Below are positions 10,632 through 21,053 of a stretch of 64,000 bases of DNA, one piece after another. The notes beneath the pieces are model-generated. The model made no database searches. It was not told the origin of the DNA and saw only the letters and a program-made list of their open reading frames with translations. Each line of letters opens with the position of its first letter. Position 1 is the stretch's first letter. Origin of the DNA: Vampirovibrionaceae bacterium NZW_1234 (GTDB lineage Bacteria; Cyanobacteriota; Vampirovibrionia; Vampirovibrionales; JAGQHJ01); the NCBI GenBank assembly GCA_041697335.1, contig JBGUGD010000009.1, forward strand, positions 64,001 to 128,000, written 5' to 3'. The position numbers and the translations under genes were made by a program.

Positions 10632-11414
10632 ATGTTGAGACACATGGTGCATTGCGCACTGGCCATGGGCATAATCTGGGGTTTGAGTGGGGGAGCGGTC
10701 CCGTTGGCCGAGGCCAAGGCACCATGGCAAGAGGCCCAGGCGAAGGCGGAGCAACTGGATCTTGATGGGTTGAGCGAGAAAGCCGTGGCCCTGTATCAGG
10801 CGACTCTGCGGGAATACGAGTCCAAGGATGCAGAAACAGAGCCTAAGAGCGAATTCCTGTCGATGTATATCAGTCTGGCCTATCTGCTGGAGCAGATGGG
10901 ACGCCCAGCGGAAGCCATTCAAGTCTATGACCGGGGCATCGCCTTTGCCGAAAAGCACCAGCTGACCGAAGGCATTGGCCTGATGCAAATGGCCAGCGAT
11001 ACCTATGGCGACTTGGGCGACAAAGCCAACCAGATTGCCTATTGGGAGCGTTCGCTGGTTTGGGAGGAAAGCGAAATGGGCGCAGCGCATCACACCGTCG
11101 GCAATGACCAGAAGCGTCTGGCTCGTCTCTATAAAGAGGACAATCAGTGGGAGAAGTATGAAGCCCTTCTTAAAAAGATGATTCTCGTACGTCAGGGCCT
11201 CCAGGATGCCAACCGGATTTCCGTTGTCGGTCCCTTGATTGATTTGGCAGAACTCTATAGCCAGCGCCAGGATACCGTCTTGGCCCGTCAGTATTACGAA
11301 GAGGCGATAAAAGCCATTCACAAGGCCAAAGAAGACTATCCCGACGATATTCGGACCGAGATGATTCTGCCGTATGAAGCCACCGTACAAGAGGCCCTGG
11401 CGAAATTGCCCTAG
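10632..11414 (+). CDS. Secreted tetratricopeptide-repeat protein
   Basis: Signal peptide; TPR-like helices LAYLLEQMGRPAEAIQVY and LAELYSQRQD...ARQYYEEA. Confidence 0.75.
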   Translation: MLRHMVHCALAMGIIWGLSGGAVPLAEAKAPWQEAQAKAEQLDLDGLSEKAVALYQATLREYESKDAETEPKSEFLSMYISLAYLLEQMGRPAEAIQVYDRGIAFAEKHQLTEGIGLMQMASDTYGDLGDKANQIAYWERSLVWEESEMGAAHHTVGNDQKRLARLYKEDNQWEKYEALLKKMILVRQGLQDANRISVVGPLIDLAELYSQRQDTVLARQYYEEAIKAIHKAKEDYPDDIRTEMILPYEATVQEALAKLP

Positions 11415-11581
11415 ACTTGCCTTCAATCGCTCAATTCGGTCTCGGTTGATGGTATTGACGCTGTGATCTCAAAGCGGCGTTGCTTGTTTCCATGTTAATA
11501 AGGAATTAATGCATCTTTTCTTGCATGATTGTTTTTATAACTAAACAAGGGAGCCATCAGGTTCCCCAAAAACAGAGCGAT

Positions 11582-11956
11582 ATGACGTACATTGCTTCAT
11601 ACGGGAGGAATCGTAGGATGGGTGATCTGGATCCGGCAAGTTACGTGCCGCAAGGCGTTAAAGATTATGGAAACCGGGTGCTCAATGGGGGCTCGCTTGA
11701 AAAACGGGCTGCTGAAACCAGTGCCTATGTTGCCAGTAATCCGGGTTTCCTGGATAAGAACTTTGGCAAAGCCGGGTATCAGCTGTCTCGTGCGGGGCAT
11801 GACCCGGTTTGGGCCGCCGGTCGTTCGGCCGAATATCTCTATGACAAAGGCGAGTCCGCCGTCCGGACAGTGGCAGAAACCGGCAACAATATCACCAACA
11901 GTTTCGGCAAAGGGGTGATGAATGCCGTGGATACCATATCAGGCTGGTTCCGCTAA
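11582..11956 (+). CDS. Hypothetical protein downstream of the shared promoter motif
   Basis: ORF; GTTTTTATA at 11531 favours a start at 11582 or later. Confidence 0.6.
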   Translation: MTYIASYGRNRRMGDLDPASYVPQGVKDYGNRVLNGGSLEKRAAETSAYVASNPGFLDKNFGKAGYQLSRAGHDPVWAAGRSAEYLYDKGESAVRTVAETGNNITNSFGKGVMNAVDTISGWFR

Positions 11957-11973
11957 TTAAGCCCGCCAGAGCT

Positions 11974-12825
11974 TTAGCGGCCTGTCTTTTTCGGCACTCG
12001 ATAGCTCCCTTCCATGGCACCGTAGTCCACTCGGATCCCCTGGATTCGATTACCCAAATGCCGAAACACCGGGAGAAATTCAAGAAGGCCATTTAGCGAG
12101 AGGATTCTCGCCAGAGTGCCGGGATCATCGCAGAATTTAAGGCCCACCTCATTTAAACGATAAGGTTTTTCCTGTTTCCGCCGGGCCAGGTCAACCCGAT
12201 GATCCACCAGTTCTGTGAGCTGCCAGCCTTTGCCCGGGTTGCCGACATGGTAGCGGGCAATATCCCAGACGGGTTTGTTCCTTAGAAAGAGCCCAACGGC
12301 CCCTTCTCTATAGGGATTATTGTCCAGTTGTGCCGCATAGATGGCCTGATCAACCGCTTCGCCCCAAGGGTTATCCCCGGCTTGCAAGGCTTGCAGGAAT
12401 AACTCCCGCCTCATCTTTCGCTCCACTTCCTGTTTCGGTCGGAAAATCTTCAAGGCATAGTCCTTGGAGCGGGTTGAAAGCTTATAAATATGGCCAAACC
12501 CGCCTTTGCCCAAGTGCCACAGGGTAACCGGCTGATCGCTCAACCGGGCGGTCATCTGCCAGGGCCGCCGTTGGTTTAATGTATCCGCAAGGGTATCGAT
12601 GGCTTCCAATGTTCGACGATCCGCTTCCGGTGACTGTGTAGAGGAGGCAAGATCTTCAGGGAGTTCTCCCAAGTAAGGATCCTGCTCCTTTTCAATGTCG
12701 TGTTTGAGAGTGCTTTCCAGCTCATATCCCATCATCAGACGTTTTTCTGCTGCCTGGGTGGCTTGTACACCCTGAAACCGCAGGCGATAATCACAAGCGG
12801 AGAAAGAAGACACGGATACTGTCAT
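11974..12825 (-). CDS. Minimal protein-kinase-like protein
   Basis: LGKGGFGHIYKL (Gly loop), YALKIF (VAIK-like Lys), IRVDYG (DFG-like); ends soon after. Paralogue of the N-domain of 53000-54793. Confidence 0.7.
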   Translation of the reverse strand: MTVSVSSFSACDYRLRFQGVQATQAAEKRLMMGYELESTLKHDIEKEQDPYLGELPEDLASSTQSPEADRRTLEAIDTLADTLNQRRPWQMTARLSDQPVTLWHLGKGGFGHIYKLSTRSKDYALKIFRPKQEVERKMRRELFLQALQAGDNPWGEAVDQAIYAAQLDNNPYREGAVGLFLRNKPVWDIARYHVGNPGKGWQLTELVDHRVDLARRKQEKPYRLNEVGLKFCDDPGTLARILSLNGLLEFLPVFRHLGNRIQGIRVDYGAMEGSYRVPKKTGR

Positions 12826-13085
12826 ATCAACCCAACCTCAGTTCCTGATTAACCCAGGTTGTTATAAAGAAGGCTCAAGATGAATTTGTGTCAGAGTATG
12901 ACGTTTTATATCGTCCTGGAGGAGATCTTGTCTCTCATCGCGCTGAAACTTCTGTCTTAATCTTTTCTTTCCAGGTCTTAAATTAGTCTTAAGCTTGATT
13001 AAACACTATCACAAGGATCGCGAGAGAGGGTTTTATGCCCATGTCTCCGGGAATGATTTGTGAGAAGGACCTTATTGGAGGACAT

Positions 13086-13919
13086 ATGGCGATCGATGTG
13101 AATCAACGTGCGGCAGCACAGTTTATGAACCCTCTCTGGAACCCTGCCGCCAATGCCAATCAAAAAGGTGGTGTTAATAGTATTGATGCCGGGAATGTTG
13201 CTGCTGCCAATGGTGGTGTGAAGCCCCAGGCCGGTGATCCCAGCAATCCGGATACGTCCAAACCCAATTTAACCGCGTCCATGTTTGACAAAGGCCATGG
13301 CAATGAGTGCGGTCATTGCACGTCGGCGGCCAAAATTGCCTTTGTGAACAAAAATGGTCGCGAGCCCCAAACGGCTGAAGAAGTGGAACAGGCCGAACAG
13401 GAAGCTGACAAGGAAGCCGAACTGGATGCCGAAGACAAGCGCATTAACGATGAAGTGATGACCCACGAGATGGCCCATGCCTCCACGGCAGGGGAAGACG
13501 GGGGTGCCATTGTCATTGACAAAAAAGCGGATCACAAAGCCGGGGTCCGTGGGGCAGCCGGGCACGTACCGGTCAAAGTCAAGGATCTGGATCCCAGTAA
13601 TCCGGAAGCCGCAAAAGCTAGTGCCGACAGGGTTCGTCGGGCGGCTTTGGCCCCGGGTGAACCGTCCGGTCAGGATTATGCTGTTGCCGCCATGGCCAGC
13701 CAAAAGTTGGCCCAGGCCAATGATGCTGTCAGCAAGAAACAGCAGCGCGAGCGCCAACAGAAGGACAATCCCGAGACGGCCCAGCAGCCCGGCCGTTTTA
13801 ATCCCAACGGTAATGCCGTTGCCAATGCCGGGACGCCCAAGGCCAATCCTTTCAGCGGTTCTGGTCAGAACCCATCGGGCAATGGGAACCCCTTTGCCAA
13901 TCGCTCGATGAGCGCCTAA
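13086..13919 (+). CDS. SprA-related family protein (HExxH, putative metalloprotease)
   Basis: EVMTHEMAH...GHVPV...VRRAALAPGEPSGQDYAVA; GGAGG RBS before ATG 13086. Confidence 0.8.
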   Translation: MAIDVNQRAAAQFMNPLWNPAANANQKGGVNSIDAGNVAAANGGVKPQAGDPSNPDTSKPNLTASMFDKGHGNECGHCTSAAKIAFVNKNGREPQTAEEVEQAEQEADKEAELDAEDKRINDEVMTHEMAHASTAGEDGGAIVIDKKADHKAGVRGAAGHVPVKVKDLDPSNPEAAKASADRVRRAALAPGEPSGQDYAVAAMASQKLAQANDAVSKKQQRERQQKDNPETAQQPGRFNPNGNAVANAGTPKANPFSGSGQNPSGNGNPFANRSMSA

Positions 13920-13939
13920 TAGTCGATATTAAGATTGAC

Positions 13940-13974
13940 AAACAGGCGTGATTCCAGAGAATCACGCCTGTTTT
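13940..13974. terminator. Bidirectional terminator
   Basis: aaacaggcgtgattc/gaatcacgcctgttt between convergent genes. Confidence 0.8.
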
Positions 13975-14008
13975 CTAGATTTGATACCTGCGTTGCCGGG
14001 ATGACGGG

Positions 14009-14503
14009 TTAAAAATTGCGCTTAAGGCCGTATCGGGTGTCTCGGCTCGGACGTTCAGGTTGCTTAAGCTTGATTTCCTGGGGTTGGGGTTTGCCTGGAG
14101 AGGGGGGGGACTTCAGCTGTGGTTCTTCAGGGGTGTTCTGAATCACCTCTTCGATTTTGGTGATTAATTCGGATTCACACTTCATACAGTGGGTGGCTTG
14201 CTTGAAGTAGACGGTGGCCCCGCACTGTTTACAGGTGCGTTTCTCTTCCTGCTGCGGAGGCTGAACATCCAGCTTGCATTCGTGATACAGCATCGTGACA
14301 TACAGTGCTTGGGTATCAGCGCCCTCTGCGATCTGGCTGGCGTGCTGTTCCACGGACAATGAGGGATTATTGCGCATAAAGCGTCGAATGCGTTGGCATG
14401 CGCTGTCGCAGTCAATGACGCACTCCCTGCACATGACCGAATAACGCCCTGTCCCTTCCGGGGTAAAGGCTCGTGTACAGGATTCGCAGCGCTTAAACTC
14501 CAT
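14009..14503 (-). CDS. YvyF-like flagellar operon zinc-binding protein
   Basis: CxxC...CxxC, RIRRFMRNNP, HTH-like IAEGADT, then a second CxxC...CxxC pair. Confidence 0.65.
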   Translation of the reverse strand: MEFKRCESCTRAFTPEGTGRYSVMCRECVIDCDSACQRIRRFMRNNPSLSVEQHASQIAEGADTQALYVTMLYHECKLDVQPPQQEEKRTCKQCGATVYFKQATHCMKCESELITKIEEVIQNTPEEPQLKSPPSPGKPQPQEIKLKQPERPSRDTRYGLKRNF

Positions 14504-14678
14504 AGGATATCAATTGCCCTGTTATCTCTTAAAATCGGTGCCCAGTGAAACGTCTCTGATGTATCGGACAGTCTGGGTTGGACTTTAGCAATATTGTCGA
14601 TTTGTAACGGGTTATGGATTTGTCTCAAGGGTCCTTCTATAATCCTCTTACGTGCACGTTGTTAAGATTCGGACGGTT

Positions 14679-15464
14679 ATGCATCCTATATTCTTTCATC
14701 TCGGTCCTTTGACGCTTTATGCCTATGGTGCCTTGGTGGCTTTGGGCTTTTTAGTCGGGTCGATTTGGGTGGCTCGCCGTGCACAACGGGCGGGGGAAGA
14801 CGTTGATACGTATTTGCAGTCTATTTTTTGGATTATCATTGCCGGATTTACCGGTGCACGCTTGCTCTATGTGATTTACTATCCCGATGCCTATCTGGCC
14901 GATCCGTTGCGCATGGTGTTGGATCGGGGTGGCCTTGTCTGGTATGGCGGCTTGGTGAGTGCTGTTCTGGCCTCGTTGGTGTTTGTAAAAATCAAGCGGT
15001 TATCGTTGCCTAAGTTTGCCGATATCCTGTCCGCACCGGCGGCGATTGGCTTGGCTATTGGTCGTGTCGGGTGCTTTATGACCGGCTGTTGCTATGGCAA
15101 GCCGACGCATTTGCCATGGGCTGTTCAGTTCCCACCCGGGCACGAAACCCATCCCTTACATGTGCATCCCACCCAGTTGTACGAAAGTCTGGGCTTGCTG
15201 GTGTTAATCATACTCCTGCAATGGGCTTATAAGCACAGTAAAACGCCGGGACTCACTGCATGTCTCTTTTTCGTAGGCTATGGCATCCTCCGTTTTCTCA
15301 TCGAATACCTGCGGGGGGATGTGGTTTTCTGGGTGGCCCATGTGTTGACGGCCTCTCAAGTTTTCAGCCTGGTGGGAATCTTTCTGGGACTTGGGCTAAT
15401 GCTGATGCTGCGCCGCAAGCCCAATTTACCCTCGCTCGGATTGCCCGAGCATCGATCGGCTTAG
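14679..15464 (+). CDS. lgt: Prolipoprotein diacylglyceryl transferase
   Basis: GARLLYV, GGLVWYGG, IGRVGCFMTGCCYG, HPTQLYES, RFLIEYLRGD. Confidence 0.96.
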   Translation: MHPIFFHLGPLTLYAYGALVALGFLVGSIWVARRAQRAGEDVDTYLQSIFWIIIAGFTGARLLYVIYYPDAYLADPLRMVLDRGGLVWYGGLVSAVLASLVFVKIKRLSLPKFADILSAPAAIGLAIGRVGCFMTGCCYGKPTHLPWAVQFPPGHETHPLHVHPTQLYESLGLLVLIILLQWAYKHSKTPGLTACLFFVGYGILRFLIEYLRGDVVFWVAHVLTASQVFSLVGIFLGLGLMLMLRRKPNLPSLGLPEHRSA

Positions 15465-15491
15465 GCGTTTATCAGAAAGTAAAAATAACCC

Positions 15492-16127
15492 TTATCCGTG
15501 AAATGCGGATTTTAAGAGCGGTAAAATGCCGTTCAAAACGTACTGCACGCCAATACACAGCAGAATAAAGCCCATAATCCGGGTAAAGGATTTCATCATG
15601 GTAGTGCCCACGCGACGGGCAATAACCTGGGACAGGCGCATGGTGATGTAACAAAGGAAGGTCACCAGGGCAATGACGAGAAAGATGATCAGGTAATGCA
15701 GGCTGGATTTTGCATCGGTGGTCATGCCGATGATGACCGCAATGGCCCCAGGGCCGCTAAGTAAGGGCATGGCCAGGGGTGAAAAGGCAATATCGTCCTT
15801 TTCTGCAGATTCCTGCTGCTCTTCGGGAAGCAAACGATCTTTCTTCTGGAGCATTTCCACGGCCGAGCCCACGATCATCAAGCCGCCCGCGATACGCAGA
15901 CCTTCCAGGGAAATCCCGAAAAACTTGAGAATCAGGCTGCCTGCCAGAAAAAAGACAAGCAGGATACAAAAAACATACAAGCTGGCACGTTTTGCGGTGG
16001 CAACTCGTTGCGCCGGGGAATAGCTGGCCGTGATGGTGGCGTAAACCGGAACCGCCAACAACGGATCCACAATGGAAAAGAGCGACACAAAAGAGCCGAG
16101 GAAAAATAGAAACGCCTCATGGAACAT
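15492..16127 (-). CDS. MarC family membrane protein
   Basis: SIVDP, FFGISLEGLRIAGG, PLAMPLLSGPGAI, RIMGFILLCIGVQ. Confidence 0.93.
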   Translation of the reverse strand: MFHEAFLFFLGSFVSLFSIVDPLLAVPVYATITASYSPAQRVATAKRASLYVFCILLVFFLAGSLILKFFGISLEGLRIAGGLMIVGSAVEMLQKKDRLLPEEQQESAEKDDIAFSPLAMPLLSGPGAIAVIIGMTTDAKSSLHYLIIFLVIALVTFLCYITMRLSQVIARRVGTTMMKSFTRIMGFILLCIGVQYVLNGILPLLKSAFHG

Positions 16128-16202
16128 GGCAAACCACCTTTTTGGACGCGAGTTTTGGGAAGCTAGGGACTTTCGTCCATTGTAGCAGAGTTTGCTTATC
16201 GC

Positions 16203-17027
16203 TTAAAGGGCCGCCGCGGTGGTGACGCTTAAAATTTCCTGTTGGATTTTGCCGTTGGATCCCACGACGTCAATGCATCGCTGACTCAAGTCGACTTTAC
16301 GGCCGTATAGGTCAGACACCTGGCCTCCGGCTTGCTCGATCAGAAGAATCCCGGCGGCAATATCCCACGGGGCCAGACGAAGCTCCCAGAAACCGTCCAA
16401 ACGGCCACAGGCAACATAGGCCAAGTCCAATGCGGCCGCACCGGGTCGGCGTATGCCATGGGTTTTGCGCAAAAACTGGGAGTGCAGTTCAATATTGCTC
16501 TTGCTGGCGTCCTGCTCTTTGACGTCATAAGGGAAGCCCGTGGCCAGAAGTGACTTGGACAGGGACTCACACGCACTGACCTGAATGGGGGTGCCGTTTC
16601 GCATGACATCGCCTTTATGGGTGGCGGTAAACATTTCGTTTTTGAAGGGGTCATAGATGACACCGGCCTGTACCTCCCCGTCTTCCACATAGGCAATGGA
16701 TACCGCAAAATGGGGGAAGGCATGGGTGTAATTCGTTGTGCCGTCCAGTGGATCCACAATCCAGGCCCGGGTCAGGTCGATGGTATTGCCGGCCACAAAA
16801 CTTTCTTCGGTGATGAGGGTGTCCTCGGGACATTCTTCGCGAATGACATCCCGAATGAGTTCATCGCACTCGGTATCAACCTGGGTGACCAGATCGGTTT
16901 CGCTGGATTTGGTGCGGATGTTGAGGAGCGTGCCGTAGTGGGCCATAATGACACTGCCGGCCATCCGGGCGGCGCGATGGGCCAAACGAAGTCGACTGTC
17001 GAGGGTCAGGGTCCGAAGTGTTGGCAT
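16203..17027 (-). CDS. suhB: Inositol monophosphatase family protein
   Basis: DLVTQVD, WIVDPLDGTTNY, GAAALDLAYVACGRLDG, WDIAAG. Confidence 0.93.
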   Translation of the reverse strand: MPTLRTLTLDSRLRLAHRAARMAGSVIMAHYGTLLNIRTKSSETDLVTQVDTECDELIRDVIREECPEDTLITEESFVAGNTIDLTRAWIVDPLDGTTNYTHAFPHFAVSIAYVEDGEVQAGVIYDPFKNEMFTATHKGDVMRNGTPIQVSACESLSKSLLATGFPYDVKEQDASKSNIELHSQFLRKTHGIRRPGAAALDLAYVACGRLDGFWELRLAPWDIAAGILLIEQAGGQVSDLYGRKVDLSQRCIDVVGSNGKIQQEILSVTTAAAL

Positions 17028-17055
17028 CTGTTTATCACCGTATAATAATGAGACT

Positions 17056-18057
17056 ATGGCTTTATTTAACATCAAACATGTTCCCATACACAGTCGAGTG
17101 ATGTTAGCCCCCATGGCGGGGGTGACCGACGTGGTGTTTCGATCCCTGGTGCGGCGATGGGCGCCTCAGTCCTTGATTTGCACCGAAATGATCAGCTCCA
17201 ACGGTATGGTGATTTCCAAGCAGCGCAAGGCTCGCATTTTAGACCATGTGGACAGTGATCACCCGATTGCCTACCAGTTGGCCGCCAATAAACCCGAGAT
17301 ACTGATCGAGGCCGCCAGGCAGATTATCGAGGATCACAATCCCGAAACCATTGATTTGAATATGGGTTGTCCGGTGAAAAAGATCACGGGCAACTTCGAG
17401 GGCTGTGCCCTGATGCGTGAGCCTGAACACGCCCAGATGCTGATTTCTTCTCTGGTCAAGGAAATTGAGACCCCTGTGACCGTCAAGTTTCGACTGGGAT
17501 GGGATCACGACAGCATGAATTATCTGGATTTCGGCAGACGGTGTGAAGATGCCGGGGCCGGGATGGTGGTGCTTCATGCCCGAACCCGATCTCAAGGCTA
17601 CCAGCCGGGCTGCAAATGGGAGGCCTTTGGCGAATTAAAGCAGGCGCTCTCGATTCCGGTCATTGCCAACGGTGATATTCGTACAGCCGAAGAGGCTCGT
17701 CACGTAATTGAAACCTACGGCGTGGATGGAGTGATGCTGGGACGGGCTATTCAAGGGCAACCATGGTTGATTGGCCAGGTTCATCAGTCCTTGGAAACAG
17801 GGCAGCCTGTTGAAGAATGGCCTCTGGCGGATCGGCTGGCTGTGGCGCTTGAGCATGCCGAGTTGCTGTGTGAGTATCGGGGCCAACACCACGGCATTCG
17901 CGAAATTCGCAAGCACCTGACCTGGTATTGCCAGGGCTTCCCCGGAGTTCGCTCAGTGCGCAATCGGCTGACCCAGGTCAACACCTTGGACGATGTGAAG
18001 CAGATCTTTGATGAGCTTCTCAACCCCGACGATGCGGATTTTGCCATCGCGATCTAG
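17056..18057 (+). CDS. dusB: tRNA-dihydrouridine synthase B
   Basis: LAPMAGVTD, IDLNMGCPV, VTVKFRLGW, HARTR, IANGDI. Confidence 0.93.
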   Translation: MALFNIKHVPIHSRVMLAPMAGVTDVVFRSLVRRWAPQSLICTEMISSNGMVISKQRKARILDHVDSDHPIAYQLAANKPEILIEAARQIIEDHNPETIDLNMGCPVKKITGNFEGCALMREPEHAQMLISSLVKEIETPVTVKFRLGWDHDSMNYLDFGRRCEDAGAGMVVLHARTRSQGYQPGCKWEAFGELKQALSIPVIANGDIRTAEEARHVIETYGVDGVMLGRAIQGQPWLIGQVHQSLETGQPVEEWPLADRLAVALEHAELLCEYRGQHHGIREIRKHLTWYCQGFPGVRSVRNRLTQVNTLDDVKQIFDELLNPDDADFAIAI

Positions 18058-18189
18058 CCCCGGACGATTCGTTTTGTTCTGTTTGTAACAATTGCATCCA
18101 AACGCCTATGGAAATGACGCCCGACCGTGAGACACTGGGGTGCATTCGTCAGCCCAGACAAGAAAGACACGCGCGAAGGAGTTGCTTCC

Positions 18190-18483
18190 ATGGAGACCTT
18201 GAAAGAGCAGATTTTGACCCGCTTGAATGATTCATTCCAGGCGATGGTCGATGACGAGATCCCGCAATTGCTGAACGAGATTCTGCAAGAAGGGTTGCCC
18301 ACCGAGGTGTCCGAGGAGAACCCGCTGGTGGCGATTTATGCAGCCAATATCAAGTTGACCACGGCGTTAATGACCCGGTTGTGCGGCATTATGATGGAAT
18401 CTGTCGCCGAGGAGCTGGCGCAGCTTCAGCCCGGCAATACCACACCGCCGGTGAATGCCTTTGCAACAGGTCTGAAAAAATAG
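18190..18483 (+). CDS. Hypothetical protein
   Basis: AAGGAG RBS before ATG 18190; helical acidic 97-aa ORF. Confidence 0.65.
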   Translation: METLKEQILTRLNDSFQAMVDDEIPQLLNEILQEGLPTEVSEENPLVAIYAANIKLTTALMTRLCGIMMESVAEELAQLQPGNTTPPVNAFATGLKK

Positions 18484-18495
18484 GATTGCCTGGTA

Positions 18496-19989
18496 TTAGA
18501 CGCCTGCCGGAATGCCCTGCTTGGGGAAATATTCCTGCCAACGGCGGGTGACGGTATTCCGGGTTGTTTCGTCCATCGTGATTTCGTCGGGCCATTCTCG
18601 ATCAAATCCTTCCGAGGGCCACTTAACCGTGGCATCGATACCCATTTTGCTGCCGTAGGCCCACATGGGGCAGGCATGATCCAGAATATCCAAGGGGCCA
18701 TCCACCATCATTGTGTCTCGTTTGGGGTCGGTGTTGTTAAAGACCCGCCAGGCGACATCGGACAGGTCATGGACGTTCACGTCTTTGTCCACAATAATGA
18801 CGTACTTGCTGAACATCATTTGCCCAAAGCCCCAGACACTGCTCATGACTTTTCGGGCATGGCCGGGGTAGCGTTTGTCGATGCTGAGAATAACGCAGTT
18901 GTGGAAGACGCCTTCAGCCGGAAGGTTCATGTCCACCACTTCCGAGATAAAGAGCTTTAGCAGTGGCAGAAAAATCCGCTCTGTGGCTTTGCCCAGGTAA
19001 TAGTCCTCCTGGGGCGGCTTGCCAACAATCGTGGTGCAGTAGATGGGGTTGGCGCGGTGGGTCATTGCCGTAATATGGAAGACCGGGTAATCATCGGCCA
19101 GACTGTAATACCCGGTGTGATCGCCAAAGGGGCCTTCCCGGCGAATCTCATCCAGGCGGACATAGCCTTCCAGAATGATTTCGCTTTCCGCCGGAACTTC
19201 CATATCAATGGTTTTGCATTTCACCATTTTGACCGGCTCCCGATGGAGAAACCCGGCAAAGATCATTTCATCAATCCCTGGCGGCAATGGGGCCGTGGCA
19301 CTGTAAATAACGTGGGGCGGGGCACCGAGGGCCACAGCCACTTCAATGCGATCTTTTCCGGCCCGACGGGCGTTTTCGTAAAGGCGATTGCCATCATGAT
19401 GTTTGTGCCAGTGCATCCCGGTAGAGGAATTGGAATATTTCTGAAGCCGATACATCCCCGCATTACGCTCTCCAGTTTCCACATCCTTGGTAAAGACCAC
19501 GGGCATGGTAATAAACGGACCACCATCATCCGGCCAGCAGGTTAAAATCGGCAGTTTGTCCAGCATGGGTTGCGACGGATCCGTAATCACCACTTCCTGA
19601 CAGGGGGCAGACCCTTTGATTTGGCGGGGCAAAAATTGATTGAGTTCCGCCAGCTTGGGCAGCATCATCACTTTGTCCAGCAAAGAGGACGGCATGGAAG
19701 GCTTCACAAACTCCGTGATGCGTCGCTGGACTTCTTCAAAATGCTCAATGCCCAAGGCCAGTTTCATCCGCTCGAAGGAGCCCATGGTGTTAATGACGAG
19801 CGGCATATCGTAGCCTTGAACCGATTCGAAATAGAGGGCTTTGTTGGCCATGCCCTGATTCTTACTGACGCGATCCGTGATATCGGTAATTTCCAAATCA
19901 GGCGAGACTGGAACCTGAATCCGGGTTAGTTCGTCTTGCTGATCCAAGAGGTCCAGAAATTGTCGTAAATTCTTAGGAGGCGTGGCCAT
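18496..19989 (-). CDS. UbiD-family (menaquinone biosynthesis-type) decarboxylase
   Basis: RNAGMYRLQ, EGPFGDHTGYY, GKPPQED, KMGIDATVK. Confidence 0.93.
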   Translation of the reverse strand: MATPPKNLRQFLDLLDQQDELTRIQVPVSPDLEITDITDRVSKNQGMANKALYFESVQGYDMPLVINTMGSFERMKLALGIEHFEEVQRRITEFVKPSMPSSLLDKVMMLPKLAELNQFLPRQIKGSAPCQEVVITDPSQPMLDKLPILTCWPDDGGPFITMPVVFTKDVETGERNAGMYRLQKYSNSSTGMHWHKHHDGNRLYENARRAGKDRIEVAVALGAPPHVIYSATAPLPPGIDEMIFAGFLHREPVKMVKCKTIDMEVPAESEIILEGYVRLDEIRREGPFGDHTGYYSLADDYPVFHITAMTHRANPIYCTTIVGKPPQEDYYLGKATERIFLPLLKLFISEVVDMNLPAEGVFHNCVILSIDKRYPGHARKVMSSVWGFGQMMFSKYVIIVDKDVNVHDLSDVAWRVFNNTDPKRDTMMVDGPLDILDHACPMWAYGSKMGIDATVKWPSEGFDREWPDEITMDETTRNTVTRRWQEYFPKQGIPAGV

Positions 19990-20042
19990 CGCGTCAATGT
20001 CCTCTAGCTATTACAACGGGCGGGTATCGAGTACGATATAAG

Positions 20043-21017
20043 ATGATTATGCGAAAAACACACGCCATAAACAAACGCTTCCCTTTCAGGCCTGGCCTTC
20101 GTTGGTTGCCATGTCGAAAAGGGCTGGGCGTTGTTCTCGTCTTGATGCTATCTGCATCCGCCCTGGGGCCGGTGTTGGCTCTGGAGCCGGGTGCCCGCTA
20201 CGAACTCCCCGGGCTGAGCCATCCTGTTGTGCGTGGTGTGCAGGGGGTGTTGGGATTGAACAAACTGGCTGGGTGGATTGGGGCCAAGGCCATCGAAAAG
20301 GAAATCCATAAAAAAGTGAGCGGTGACATTGATGTCCATCTGGAGCCCTATAGCGGTTTGGATCTGACCACGGGCAAAGCCAAGCATCTTCGAATCAAGG
20401 GCCACGATCTGCTTTACGACAAGGCCTTCTATGTGAGTGACTTTTTATTGCGGACCCGACGGGAAACACCGCTCTGGATTAATCTGGACACGGGCAAGCT
20501 GCAACGGGCGGTGGATGCTGACATTGAATTGCGCTTGACCGATTCGGATTTCAATCGCAGCTTTCAAACCAAAGAGGTCCAGCGGATTCTAGGCAATATC
20601 AAAGTTTCCTTGCTGGGTGGAGAGCCTCAGCGAATTCAAGTTCTGGAGCCTGCAATTGCTTTTTCCGAGGGAAAACTCCATTTTCAGGCTCAACTGGGTC
20701 TGGTTGGAGGGCCATCCGTAAGCAAAATTCCCTTAAATGTGTCAACCGGCCTGGCCTATGACCCCAAAACCGAGTTGATTCAACTTCAGGATCTGCAGTT
20801 GGCCCCGCTGCCAGGGGTGAGCGATAACACCGGTATTCAGGCTCTGGTGACACAGGCGCTTCAAAAGTACCTTAAACCCTCGAAACTGGTGCCTCTGAAA
20901 GGCGGAAAATTCAACCTGAACGATGTGGCGGTGGTCGACAATGCTGTATCGCTGAGAGGACAGGTCACCCTGTATCCGCCCTCCTCCACCTCGTCAACTC
21001 GTGTGAGTGTGCGGTAG
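20043..21017 (+). CDS. DUF2993/LmeA-like exported protein
   Basis: Signal-like N-terminus; DLTTGKAKHLRIKG and LTDSDFNRSF patterns. Start uncertain. Confidence 0.55.
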   Translation: MIMRKTHAINKRFPFRPGLRWLPCRKGLGVVLVLMLSASALGPVLALEPGARYELPGLSHPVVRGVQGVLGLNKLAGWIGAKAIEKEIHKKVSGDIDVHLEPYSGLDLTTGKAKHLRIKGHDLLYDKAFYVSDFLLRTRRETPLWINLDTGKLQRAVDADIELRLTDSDFNRSFQTKEVQRILGNIKVSLLGGEPQRIQVLEPAIAFSEGKLHFQAQLGLVGGPSVSKIPLNVSTGLAYDPKTELIQLQDLQLAPLPGVSDNTGIQALVTQALQKYLKPSKLVPLKGGKFNLNDVAVVDNAVSLRGQVTLYPPSSTSSTRVSVR

Positions 21018-21053
21018 AATAAGAGAGATATCGTTCAGGGAATCGGCCTCCTT

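Noticed and set aside
5900..11426. Long opposite-strand ORFs such as 5900-6865 and 10494-11426
   Set aside because: Shadows of GC-rich real genes (rocD, TPR protein).
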